Shown here: in pieces, positions 24,684 through 37,458 of the stretch | How positions within the stretch are numbered: the stretch's first letter is position 1 | Layout of the letters: each line of letters begins with the position of its first letter | Origin: Azolla caroliniana | Taxonomy: Eukaryota > Plantae > Polypodiophyta | Direction of reading: 5' to 3' | Assembly: GCA_043228905.1 (NCBI GenBank) | Contig: JBHGNT010000007.1 | Coordinates: 13,020,001-13,084,000, forward strand | DNA: 64,000 nucleotides | Notes under the pieces: model-generated | What the model saw: the letters and a program-made list of their open reading frames with translations, nothing else | Told to the model about the DNA's origin: nothing | Database searches by the model: none | Made by a program: the position numbers and the translations under genes

Positions 24684-27600
24684 ATGGAAACTGTTAGTGC
24701 TGAGGAATACCAATCTATTTTCTCGGAGCTCCAGTGCTTAAAAGAGAAATTTGTAGCACTAGAACAAGAAAATCATCGTTTGTTGGGGGATCTTCAACAA
24801 ATAGTGCTGGAAAAACAACAACAACATGGGGAGCTGACGTTACGTGTACAACAACTCAAAGCGGCTATCATATCATTAAAACAACAAGGATCAAGCACTC
24901 AAGGGATTCACAAAGAACCCAAGATCGATCTTGCTACAAAATTTGATGGGACCCGATCACAGTTTAGAGGGTTTTTGAATCAGGTACGTTTAGTGATGCA
25001 AATGCATCCTTCTCGATATCCCACCGATGCATCACGAGTGGGACTAGTAGCCACTCTCCTTAGTGGCTCGACATTAGCATGGTTTGCTCCCTTGTTGGAA
25101 AAGGAATCTCCATTACTAAATAGTTTTGAAGAATTTATAAGTGAGTTTAGGGCCTGTTTTGGAGATACTGACAGCATAAGGACTGCAATCAACAAAATCT
25201 GACAATTACGCCAAGATGACCGTCCAACCTCCGCATACGCTGCAGATTTCCGCCTACTCACTATCGATATCCCTTGGGATGATCCCGCATTGATGGAGCA
25301 ATTTCGTTATGGCTTACGCAACGATGTCAAGGATTTACTCTTGACCTTCCCCGAAGAGCCAAAGTCATTAACAGAAGCAATCAGTCACATGGTGAGATGT
25401 GACAACCGCCTCTTCGAACAACGTTTGGAATGACAATTCCAGATTCTGAGGGCAAGATCAGAGCCTACCTATGCCTTAGTGGTATCGAAACCTTTTCTGA
25501 GGGAGTCATATAATGCACATCCAGTAAGTACTCCAACTCTGATGGAAATTGACACCACACGTCGTCGTGGACCGCTATCGGAAGAAGAAAAGCAACGACG
25601 CCGAGCAAACTGACTATGTCTTTATTGCAGTGGACCAGGGCATATCGCGGTAAACTGGCCCCATAGGCCAAGAAGGCAGGTAAACCAAATAGTTGTTAGT
25701 TCTGATTCTACTAAACCTGAGTCCATTTCAGTAGGATTATATCTGATAGTCCTAATAGTACTAATAGCCCAAATCTAGCGAACAAATTTGATGTCCTTAG
25801 TCAGTTAGAAGAAGAGTTAAACGACTAAGTCCAGCCAAAATAGGAGCTGTTTGGTTGGACAACCCTAGATCTGTGCAACCCATTAGTGATTCCATTCCCT
25901 CTAAGCAGGTTAGTAATGTGTTCGTAGCCCAAGTAACAGTTAGTACTAAAAGTACCCCTCCAGTACATGTCTTAGCACTTCTAGATTCCGAAGCTAATTC
26001 TCCCCATTAGTGATTCCATTCCCTCTAAGCAAGTTAGTAATGTGTTCGTAGCCCAAGTAACAGTTAGTACTAAAAGTACCCCTCCAGTACATGTCTTAGC
26101 ACTTCTAGATTCCGAAGCTAATTCTCGCTTCATGGATAGGAACTTTGCCCAAGCTCATCAAATATCAGTTAGAAAACTTCCGTGTCCAGCCTCTCTAGTA
26201 GTCATTGATGGTCGTCCCATTGATTCCGGAAATATTATAGAAGAGTCAGAGCTCGTTAATATTGTCCTTGATAATCTAGCATGTGTAGTATCATTTAATA
26301 TAATTAGCATCCCAGAACACCCCATTGTTTTAGGATTACCATGGTTCGAATTATATAACCCAGACATAGATTGGAGAACAAGAGAAATCCGGTATCGAAA
26401 AGCCCGAGGGTCTACTCATGAGATTGCAACCCTTTCGCTACATCAATTGCGGGAAGAAGGACGCAAGGAAGACATGTTTCTCTTCGCAAATATCAGTAAA
26501 GCCCTCAGACACCATTAAAGAGGAGTCCACCATTCAACTTCCAAAGAAGTATCATCATTATGCCGATGTGTTCGATAAAGTACAAGCCAATACGCTTCCT
26601 CACCATCGACCGTATGATTGCCCCATCGATTTACAACCAGGGAAAGAACCACCATGGGGACCGATCTACAATTCGTCACCAACCGAGCTAGAAGTCCTAT
26701 GAGCCTATATAGAGGAGAATTTGGAAAATGGTTTCATTCGGCATTCAAAATCTCCTACTGGCGCACCCATTTTCATTGTCAAGAAAAAGGATGGATCACT
26801 TCGTCTCGTTGTAGATTATCCTGGCTTGAATAAGGTGACAATCAGAAATAGGTATGCACTTCCCCTTATCTCAAGTCTTTTTGAACGGATCAATGGTGCC
26901 AGGTTCTTCACGAAGATCGACTTACGGGGGAGCCTATAACCTCGTACGGATCCGACCAGGAGATGAATGGAAGCCCGCGTTTCGCACCAAATATGGGCAC
27001 TTCGAGTATACAGTCATGCCGTTCGGCCTCACTAATGCGCCAACAATCTTCCAGCACATGGCAAATGATATATTCCGAGATCTCTTGGATGTTTGTTTGG
27101 ATGATCTACTGGTTTATTCGAAGACCCAAGCAGAGCATGATTCTCATGTACTGTTAGTACTAAAACGACTTTGAGAACATGGTCTTTATGCAAAGTTGGA
27201 AAAATGTAATTTTGGGGGCAACCAAGTGGAATTTCTAGGCTATCTCATTTCCTCGGAAGGCATCTCCATGGACCTAGCTAAGGTCAAAACTTTGGTAGAG
27301 TGGCCGACTCCGTGTTCGGTGCGAGATGTGCAATGCTTTTTAGGCTTTGCCAATTTTTACTGGAAGTTCATACAGGATTACTCAAAGCTCGTTCTGCCTC
27401 TCACACAGCTTTCGAGAGTCTTAAAAAGGCATTTACATCGGCTCCAATTCTAGCTCATGTCGATCCAAAAAAACCATTCATTATCGAAGCAGACGCATCG
27501 GATTTCGCATTGGGGAGGATTCTGTCACAATGGGGTAATGACGAGAAGCTACATCCTATGGCTTTTCACTCACGCAAGTTTGACGCTGCCGAAATCAACT

Positions 27601-29644
27601 ACGAAATTCATGATAAGGAGCTATTGGCAATAGTGGACTCTTTTACACAATGGAGGCATTTTCTAGAGAGATCCTCTCATCAAGTCACCGTATTCAGTGA
27701 CTACAAAAACCTTGCCTACTTTCAGGACGCTCGTGTGTTAAATCAACGTCAAGCTCGGTGGGCCCACTTCCTCACGCGTTTCGACCTCAAAATTACATAT
27801 CGTCCGGGGAAGCACCAAGGGAAGGCAGATGCATTATCACAACGTTCGTACCTAGCACCACGTCCTGGCAAGCCAACATTTGATAACCAAAAGCAAGTAA
27901 TCTTGGGACCGACACAACTACAAGCAACACTAGTCTTTGGCATGCCAATGGATTCCCACATTATCGATACTATACATGAGAACTTGAAGACCGATGCTTT
28001 CACCCAAGCCATTCTAGCACAAATTGATCCCTCTCGAGCATCTTGTTCACAGTCACAACCACCAGGTACGGACTATCGGCAATTCAAATACCATGATGGA
28101 TTGCTATTCTTTAATGAACTCTTCTATGTTCCTAATGGTTCTTGCCACCTTCGAGTAGTCCAAAACTGTCATGACACATATACAGCTGGGCATTTTGGTA
28201 GTACTAAAACATTAGATTTAGTACAACGATCATTTTGGTGGCCCCGTATGCGACAATTTGTCGAAGATTTTGTTCGGACTTGTGATACATGCTGCAAAGC
28301 GAAAATGCCAAGGCATCATCCATATAGTTTATTAGAACCATTACCAATTCCAAGCAAGTCATGGCAATCCATTGCTCTAGACTTCATCACAGATCTTCTA
28401 GTCTCTAAGGGGTTAAATGCGATTCTAACAGTCATAGATCGATATACGAAGATGGTCATTTCTTGCCATGTACTAAGGAAATATCCAGTGAAGAAACCGC
28501 TAAAATTGTCATGCGTGAAGTATGTCGGCATCATGGCCTTCCCGATAGTATCATAAGCGACCATGGACCCCAGTTCGTATCGAAATTCTGGAAGCACCTT
28601 TTTAAAATGCTCAAGGTCACGTGTAACCTCTACTCCGGCTACCACCCACAAACGGATGGCCAACCAGAACAAAAAAATCAAACACTGGAGCAGTATCCTC
28701 GGTGCTTTCTAACCAATCATCAGGATGACTCAGTAGATATTCTCCACTTCACGTATCGAAATTCTGGAAGCACCTTTTTAAAATGCTCAAGGTCACGTGT
28801 AACCTCTACTCCGGCTACCACCCACAAACGGATGGCCAACCAGAACAAAAAAATCAAACACTGGAGCAGTATCTTCGGTGCTTTCTAACCAATCATCAGG
28901 ATGACTCAGTAGATATTCTCCACTTCACCGAATTTGCCTACAATAACTCTGTCCACGCATCGACTAAAGTTACACCATTTTATGCTTATACGAGTTCTCA
29001 CCCCCGGTGGTGTGTATTTGAAACCCCAAAGTTGTCCACAAATCCTTGCACAGAGGATCTTTTAGAGCGGTTACGCAAGATACAAGCCGATTTATCTACT
29101 CATCTCCAACAAGCTCAACAAACACACAAGGCTTATGCGGATCGTCATCAACTTCCATCCAGTTTTAACATTGGAGATCGGGTATGGCTACTACGATGAC
29201 ACATCAAGACTACTCGCCCATGCAAGAAGTTGGATTATCGACAATTAGGTCCTTTCCGTATTATAGGAAAGATTAATGATGTAGTTTTTTGTCTCGATCT
29301 ACCTCCGCAACTTCGGATACATCCGGTGTTTCATAGTTCTCTCCTCGAACCGTATCAAGAGAACACCATCCTAGGATGTATCACACAACCTCCACCCCTG
29401 ATCGAGCTTGAAGATGGACCTGAGTACGAGGTTGCCGCCATCCTTGATTCCAAGATTGTTCGCAACAAACTCTATTATCTAGTCGATTGGCTAGGATATA
29501 GTCCTAGAGAGCGTACTTGGGAACCGATAGAGAATGTGACAAATGCTCGTGCTCTTCTTGAAGACTTCCATCGTCAATATCTAGACAAACCGGCTCCTCA
29601 ATCCAAAACGACTCGTGACACTCGTCGTTTTAAAGGGGGGATAG
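24684..29644 (+). pseudogene. gag-pol: Gypsy D gag and pol with stops, frameshifts and two internal tandem duplications
   Basis: KFDGTRSQFRGFL (gag); ALLDSEAN (PR); LDDLLVYS (RT); EADASDFALG (RH); SDHGPQF/QTDGQPE (INT); YEVAAILDS...YLVDWLGY...TWEP (chromodomain). Duplications at 25879-26126 (124 bp) and 28576-28928 (176 bp). Confidence 0.92.
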
Positions 29645-30080
29645 TGTCATGATATGGCAAGACTCGAACCCATTACCTTATGCTACTTGGGTCGAGCTCT
29701 TGACCATTAGACCATACATTATAATACGTAAAATATTATTTTCATTTATGTTTTATTATATAAAATTGATGTATATTTCAGATTTCTCTGGAACATTCTA
29801 GAAACTTCAGGAGTATTCCTCAGAACACTATAAGAGGAGGCACAAGGCATTATTTCGAACCAAATCGGTTCAACACCAGTCTTAAGCCTCCTAGCTACTA
29901 TTGTACATTCTCTTCACATAATATATATCTTTTCTTATCATCACTCTCTCTCTCTCGATCTCCATCTCCCTCCCTCTCACTCACTCTTTCCTTCTCTCGA
30001 GAGTTCTTCACCTCTCTTAGTACTAATACTTCTTTTAGTACTAATTCCTTCTCTGTCTTAGTACTGTTGCTGACACCAGC

Positions 30081-32192
30081 TTCCTCCTCTTTTCCTTCGG
30101 CACATGCACATATGCAATGCTACCGAAGATCGTTAAGTGTGCCAAGTTCGGCTTCTTCCCGAAATACAGCTGATGTGGCGACACTCCTCCATTAGGAGAA
30201 GTCTGATTTTGTAGGTAGATAGCCGTCTTGACGGCTTCAGCCCAATAGAATTTCGGCATATGCTTCTCTTCAAGGATTGCCCTAGCTAATTCTTCAATCG
30301 TTCTGCTGCGGCATGTATCTACATAAGAATTCGCGTCAAATTCCCTCCTTCCGTAGATAACATGTGAACTGGTCGGAGAAGTACTCCTTCCCGCCATCGG
30401 ACCATAGGCATTTGATCTTACACCCCGTTTCCCTTTCCGCAAGGATCTTCACCTTCAGGAAACGTGCGAAGACTTCGCTCTTCTTCTCAATCATGCCTAC
30501 CCACGTGTGCCGAGAGAAGTCATCGATAAAGGTTACAAAGTAACAACTTCCACCGAGACTCACGTTCTGTGTCGGACCCCACACATCCGAATGGATCAAA
30601 TCTAGTGGACTTTGACTACAATTACGCTCATAGGGGAATGGGAGTCGGTGCTATTTTCCCATCTGACAGGCTTTGCAGACTTGGGCATTATGGCCCCGAA
30701 ATTTTGGTAATCCGAATACAATGTTCTTCGTCTGCATTTCACGAAGCCGTGGGAAATTTACCTGGCCGAACCGCTTGTGCCACATGTCAATATTCGATTC
30801 GACCTTTTGTCCTTTCGCGTACAACGCGGTTTCGGCTTGATTAGTGTCGAGGATAAACATCCTCCCTTCACGGCGCCCTTGCGCGATTACTTTGCCTTCC
30901 TCTTCTATGAAGCAACTGAGATGCATGAATCGAACCTGCATTCCCTGGTCAATGATCTGACCGACCAACACTAGGTTCTTCGTTATTGTCGGGACGTGCA
31001 ACACGTTCATGAGTTTCCCTTTCTTCCCGACGTGGCTGAGAGGAACTTCGTCGACATGTTCGATGGTATGCGGAGTGTCATCTCCCGTTTCGACCACTCC
31101 TTGTGATTCTGGTTTCTCCAGGTGAGAGAACCATTTCTCGTGACTCGTCATATGATTTGACGCTCCGGAATCAACATACCACACCTCGCTTGATTTTGAG
31201 GTGTTCACGGCCATAGGATTGGCCTTATGATTCATTACGAAGGCTGGGCCCGATTTTTTTCCGGCTCATTTAGAGCCTTTTACGTAGTGCGATCTCTGAC
31301 GCCTCTCTGCGTCTCTTCGGCTTGATCCAGCTTTGTCTAAATCGGCTCATTTTTTCCAGCACTTGCTCTCCTTGTGGCCTTTCTTGCCACAGTACCAGCA
31401 ATCTGGCGTGGTCTTCTCTTCCCGTCTTCCGGCGGCGCCATGACTCCCCTTGCTTACGGAGGAGGGTTCAGAATTGCTTCCGGCATCTCTATTATGCCGT
31501 ACATTCTGCTCTTTTCGGCCGCCTCCATTGCGCGCCGATCCGCCTCGTCCACCACGACCACGGGGCCTATCATCCTCCGTGTAAAGCATCTTGCCATCGG
31601 TGTGTGCACTCGTCAACGCACCCACGTGGTTTTCTTCTACGAGCAACATTGATTGAAGCTCGAAAAATGAAGGCGTAATCTCCCTCATGCAGACAGCCAT
31701 TTGGAAAGGTGCAAACTTTGACAGCAAGCCACCAAGACAAACCTGCACCATTTAATCTTCCTCGACGTTCACGTTGACGGAGGCAAGAGAGTCGCAGATT
31801 TCTTTGATCTTGGTGGTGTAATCAGCCACCGACATATCTCTTTGTCGTACATTGCTGAGCTCCTATCTGAGCTGCAACTTTCTGGCCGTTGTGTTGGTGG
31901 CGAAAATCCTTTTGAGATTCGCCCACGCGTCCTTCGACATCTTGGCATCCCGAATCTAGCTCAAAAGCTGATCGCTCACACAGGACGCGAAGCAGTACAA
32001 CACTCTGCTTGCCGCTTGTTCCCAAGCCGGATAATCCCTATGTGTCGAGTCGGGTGCCACATCGTTTGCTCCTTCGACATAACTCCAGTAGCCATGGCCG
32101 AGCATGTACTGGTGCATGTTGTAAGACCAAGATGCGTAGTTGCTTTTGTCAAGCTTTTCAGTCGGAAGTGATCTTCCCATTCCTCTATCCAT
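30081..32192 (-). pseudogene. gag-pol: Copia C gag, protease, GAG-pre-integrase and integrase
   Basis: KLDKSNYASWS, CWYCGKKGHKESKC, WYVDSGASNHM, WHKRFG, IHSDVWGP, SDGGKEY. Confidence 0.92.
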
Positions 32193-32719
32193 AGTATTGT
32201 CTTTTTCTTCTCCAAAAGCGAACAACTTCAACTCTGTTTCGTCACAAACTTTTCTTGTCAGTTGTAGAGGACTTCAACCCTCAGGCTCTGATACCATGTG
32301 AAAGAATACGTTGTGCGGAAGCGTGTGCAAAAAACACAGAGTACACAGTTCGGAGGAATAAGACAATTCAATAAAACACAGGAAACGTTGAGATGGAGAT
32401 GGAGAGAGAGCAGACAACAGAAAACTCAAATTCAAAATAATGACACTCTGTTCTGTGTACATACTTCGTGCTCAGTGAGCACCTTATATACAAGCCTTGA
32501 CAATCGGGCTGACACAAGTACTGACAGTACTTGACGCTCATAAATGAGCCACGACAATCACTCCCAAAATTATTCCTTACGATGAATAACTTTCCAACAG
32601 CCTGTTGGTTTATGCACCAATACGACCAAGTTGTGCGTACTAACTTATGCGTTCAGCCTACGCACTAGGTTACGCGTCATATTACACACCCAATGTTGAG
32701 CTTGCATCTCAACAGGTTC

Positions 32720-35017
32720 TCATGCATGGAATCCATCTCGTCCTGCATGGCACTCAACCACTTGCAGTTGTGGGTGTCTTTCTATGCTTCTTCGAAGCTT
32801 TCCGACTCCCCCTCATCGGTCAACAATACGTGCTCTACATCCAGAAATATCTGAGCGGCTCTTCTCTGTCGGGGAGGATATCTCTGTCCTTGGTTTTTGA
32901 CTACCGTTTCCTCCGTTTGTTCCTCATCTGAGTCTGATTCGGGATCTTGTTCAATTATGGTGTCTTCTTCTTCTTCTTCTTCTTCGGTCGGTTTGTTTTC
33001 TTGTCCGCATCTGGCAGGTTCGTTGAGTGTCATCCGGTTGCCAGCCAACATCCGGTTTTCAATCGGGTAGGTCCTTGTATCCTCAAACCAGTTTTCATTG
33101 GATGATCTGGAGTTCATCATCTTCTTCTCTGACTCCTAGTCGGCAATGGTTTTGTCTTCCATGAAGACTATGTCCCGACTTCGGAACACCTTCTTGTCAG
33201 CCAGTAACCGAACTCATTATCACCGTATCGAAGGAATATGCATGGTCTGGACTCTGGACCCAACTTTGCTCTCTTGTCCTTTGTAACATCAACAAATGCA
33301 AGATACCCAAACACCTTCAGATGCCGGTAAGACACGTCCTTTCCGCTCCATACTCTCTGTGGTGTGTCTCCATCCAAGGGTATTGAGGGTGATCTGTTTA
33401 TGATGTAAGTCACCATCTTCAGTGCCTCAGCCCAAAACTTCATGGGTAACTTGGCATGTGCAAGCATGCTCCAAAGTCTCTCCATTATGGTCCGGTTTAT
33501 CCTTTCGGCCAGACCGTTTAGTTCCGGCGTCTTCGGCACAGTAAATTCGAGGCGGATTCCCTTCGACCGACAGTACTCCTCGAACTGCCCCTGGTATTCT
33601 CCTCCATTGTCTACTCGAACCGCCTTCAGGTTCCGGCCATTTTCTCTTTCCACTCTCGCGTGGAGCTCCTTGAAGATGGATAACACTTGATCCTTCGTCT
33701 TCAGTGGTGAGACCCACAGCTTCCGGCTGTGCTCATCTATGACCGTCACGAAGTACTATGATCCGGCATGTGACTTCGTGTCCACTTGACACACATCAGT
33801 ATGCACCAGCTCCAGTGGTGCATTTCGTCTCATCGGTGGTCTTGACGGGAAGGAGGTTCGGTTTTGTTTGCCGACCAAGCAATCAGTGCACTTCTCAAGT
33901 TGCACGTCCTTCACCGCAATGAGATTGTCTTCGGCAAGTCTCTTCATCCCCTTCTTACTCATGTGACACAACCTCTTGTGCCACAACTCACTGGTAGTGT
34001 CCAAGCATGCATTAGGTACAATGTGTTGATCTTCTGGGCTCGCGCTAGAATCAAGCTTCCCTTGCTGAACTTCATGACTCTGTTCTAGATGCTACCCGTG
34101 TAGCCTTCATCATCCAACCAACCTGCTGATATTAGGTTTGGTCGAACCTCCGAAACATATCGAACATCCTTCAGAAACAACTTGCATCTGGTTGATGTTG
34201 TCAATAACACATCTCCTATGCCAACAATTCGGCATGTACCTTCATTCCCCATCGGGACACAACCATGATCACCGGCTCTGTAGGATGAGAAGAATTTATG
34301 GTTCGGAGTCAAGTGGAACGACGCTCCGGAATCAATAACCCACGTTTTCTCGTCGTTGACAAGGTTTAACTCATTCTCCTCAGTAATGAGCATCAGTTCT
34401 TCTTCACTTGTCGCGATCGCCGAAGTTCTTTTCCGATCCAACCCTTTCCGGTTCGAACTCTTCTTCGAATCGGCACTATCGGTTCCTTTCTCTTTCCGGA
34501 GATGCCGACAGTTCTTCTGGAAGTGCCCCGACTACCCACAATAAAAGCAGGTAGGCCTTCCCCTTGACTTTGACCTCATCCCCGAATTATCCCAGTTTTG
34601 GGGACTCCGATACCGGCCTCTTCCTCGGTTTTGATCATCTTCCTTGACCAACGCCTTCGGATTGGTTCCGAAATCCCGGTCCTTCCGATGAGCTTCTTCA
34701 TCTAGCAGACTTGATTTTACCCTTGCTAGGGACAACAGCTTTCCTTCCAGCCCAACATTGCCCAACGTGACAACTATTGTCTCCCAGCTATCCGGGAGGG
34801 AACCGAGCAGGAGTAATGTGAGCACCTCATTGGCGAGAGGTACTTCCAACGAGGTGGCTTGGTGTATTAACCCCTGGAAGGCATTCATGTGCTCCACCAT
34901 ACTGGAGCCGTCTTGGTACCGGGGCCTCACTAGCTTCCGGAATACCGAAACCCGATTAACAACATTCTTGTTCTGGAACATGATGTCGATCTTCTCCCAG
35001 AGTTCATGAGCCTTACT
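32720..35017 (-). pseudogene. gag-pol: Copia X gag, PR and INT fragments
   Basis: LLLLGSLPDSW, CFYCG, WVIDSGAS, LWHKRLCH, DNGGEY, NGLAER. Confidence 0.92.
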
Positions 35018-35329
35018 GGGTGAAAGCATGCGAGTGGAAAACAGTTAGCTATGTCCTTGACATAGCTAATTAGCTATGCAAAAATCTACCATTGATAAAT
35101 AGTCATTTTTGCAAATAGCTACCATTGATAAATTAGCTATGCAAAAAGCTAACATGGAAAATAGTAGAGAGTTTTAATTATATAATGAGCACCATAAATG
35201 TGCAACATAAATTGATATGTGCACCATAAATGTGCACCATAAATTATATACCGAATTCCTAGGTCCATTATGTATGATCCTTTGCCACATCACGTGGGCC
35301 ATCTCTAGTTGAGTATTTTGGCTTAGATT

Positions 35330-36070
35330 ACTACCATTGTTGCTAAACCCTATTGAGTCCACTCCTCCATTGCCGCCATTCTACACTCAGTTAGCGGCAT
35401 TGTGTGGTCCAAGTATCATTTGCCATTGTTCGATCCGACAGAGTTCATTCCTCCATTGCCGCCACTCTACACTCAATTGCCGCTATTGTGAAGGTCGTAT
35501 ATTGCTGCCACTTTTGGATCCGATAGAGTTAACTCCTTCTCCACTACCGCCATTCTACTCTTAGTTGTCGTCACTGTGCGTTCCAAGCCTCATCTACCAT
35601 TGTTCAATTTGACGGATTTCACTCCTCCATTGCCATCATTCTACACTTAGTTGCCGCTACTATTCGGTCCTGGATTGTTGCAAGTTTTTTATTCGACAAA
35701 GTTCACTCATCCATTGCAATCATTCTACACTTCATTGCCGCTACTGTTCGATCATGTATTGCTGCCACTTTTCGATCCGAGGGAGTTCACTCCTTCTCCA
35801 CTGCCGCCATTCTACTCTCAGTTGTCATCACTGTGCGTTCAAAGCATCATCTGCCACTTTTCGATCTGACGGAGTTCACTCCTCCATTGCCATCATTCTA
35901 CACTTAGTTGCCGCTACTATTCGGTCATGTATTACTACCACTTTTTGATCCGAAGGAGTTCACTCCTTGTCCACTACTGCCATTCTACTCTCAGTTATCG
36001 TCACTCTTCCACTACTACCATTCTACACTTAGTTGCCGCCACTATTCGACCCTGGATTACCGCCACTGTT
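35330..36070. repeat. Degenerate subterminal tandem array (roughly 60-65 bp units) in the DNA transposon
   Basis: Recurrent tcgatccg..gagttcactcct(tct)cca(t/c)tgccgccattctac(a/t)ct(c/t)agttg. Confidence 0.8.
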
Positions 36071-37019
36071 TGGTCTTGGATTTGAATAACTATTCTGTCA
36101 ATTGATTATCTTGTGTATTGTTGTGTATAATCTTGGGTATTGTTGAATATTTTTTTGTATTGTTGTTGCCCATAGCCATCTTTAATACGTGTCTTTTTTT
36201 GGGGAAAAATAGGGTTTAAACCTATCAAGCCAAATGGAAGGGGAAGGAGGGTGTTTAGAATTACCCCTCAATTATCATCAGGATAGGGATGACGCTATCA
36301 GGACACACCAAGCGATACGAAGGTATTGGGTAGAAAAAAAAAGAAAACATCGTCAATTGTTGAAGGATACGAAAGCCACACTCACTAGAGGTAAAGATAT
36401 TATTGGTTGCGATATAAGTCTAACTATCACTGAGAATGGAAGTAATGAGACTACAATCATAGAGAGAAAGGTTATAGACTATTTCAATGTTCAAACCAAG
36501 CACATCAGCAATGAAGACAAGAAGGTAGTACTTTATGGAATATTAAATGATCCATTGATAAAGGAGTTAGTTGATTGTGATGGTCTTAATGCAAACATAA
36601 CATCTGTACTAGTAAATAATCTCCGTAATAGTTTCGTATCCATGAGCAGGTCAGAAGATAATCTTGTCTTAAAAAGGTCTAGTCTAATGATGTTGACGAT
36701 ATTAACATCAGTGTGTTATCTAAGGTAATTGGTGTTAGTAGAAAAAGTGTGTACAATACATTGAACCGGATAGTTTCCTCGGGTGAAGGAACTAGTCTGC
36801 TAAAGCTAACAACAAGATGTAAGCCAATGACACCCATAACATCAGAAATCAAGGATATAATCACAATATTTTGGACTAATGAGAGTAGAGTTTCACCCAA
36901 TAAGAAGGTTTTATGTAGGAAACATATCGGAAGGAGTCAATACCAGGAGCATCCCATTCATCTTCTTGATGTACCTCAGGAATTTACATTTATCTCAACA
37001 TTTTTTTTTACTTTTGAGC

Positions 37020-37458
37020 TTAGTTAATTAGATTATTAGCTACCTCCGAATATGACCATACCCGAATAGCTAATTACCTACCTCAGAATATGACCATAGC
37101 TAACTAGCTACCAGTAATAGCTAATTAGCTCCCTAAGAATATCGCTACCAGAATAGCTAATTAGCTGCCTATAACAATAGCTAATTAGCTACCAGAGTAG
37201 CTAATTAGTTGCTTATGACTATAGCTAATTAGCTACTAGAATTGCTAATCCCCTACTAGAATAGCTACTATACTAAACTATGGTAGTAGCTAATTAGCTA
37301 CTTTACTAAACTATGGTAGTAGCTAATTAACCACCATTTAGCTAATTAGATACTGTATTAAACTATGGTAGTAGCAAATTAGCTACCACTTAGCTAATTA
37401 GCTACTCAACTAAAGTATGGTAGTAGCCAACTAGTTACCACTTAGCTAATTAGCTACT
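37020..37458. repeat. TAGCTAATTAGCTA palindrome array (continues at 42738-42970)
   Basis: Many copies of agctaattagct interspersed with ctaaactatggtag; lies between transposase coding blocks. Confidence 0.9.

Larger units (their letters stand above)
24159..30075 (+). mobile_element. Ty3/Gypsy chromovirus (D), Tf1/Tcn1-like
   Basis: TSD CCAGC at 24154-24158 and 30076-30080; 431-bp LTRs 24159-24589 and 29645-30075; PPT aaaggggggatag; no tRNA PBS. Confidence 0.95.
21223..32714 (-). mobile_element. Ty1/Copia (C), different family, degenerate; contains Gypsy D
   Basis: TSD GGTTC at 21218-21222 and 32715-32719; LTRs 21223-21638 and 32297-32714; PBS 32285-32296; PPT ttgagggtgag 21639-21649. Confidence 0.95.
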
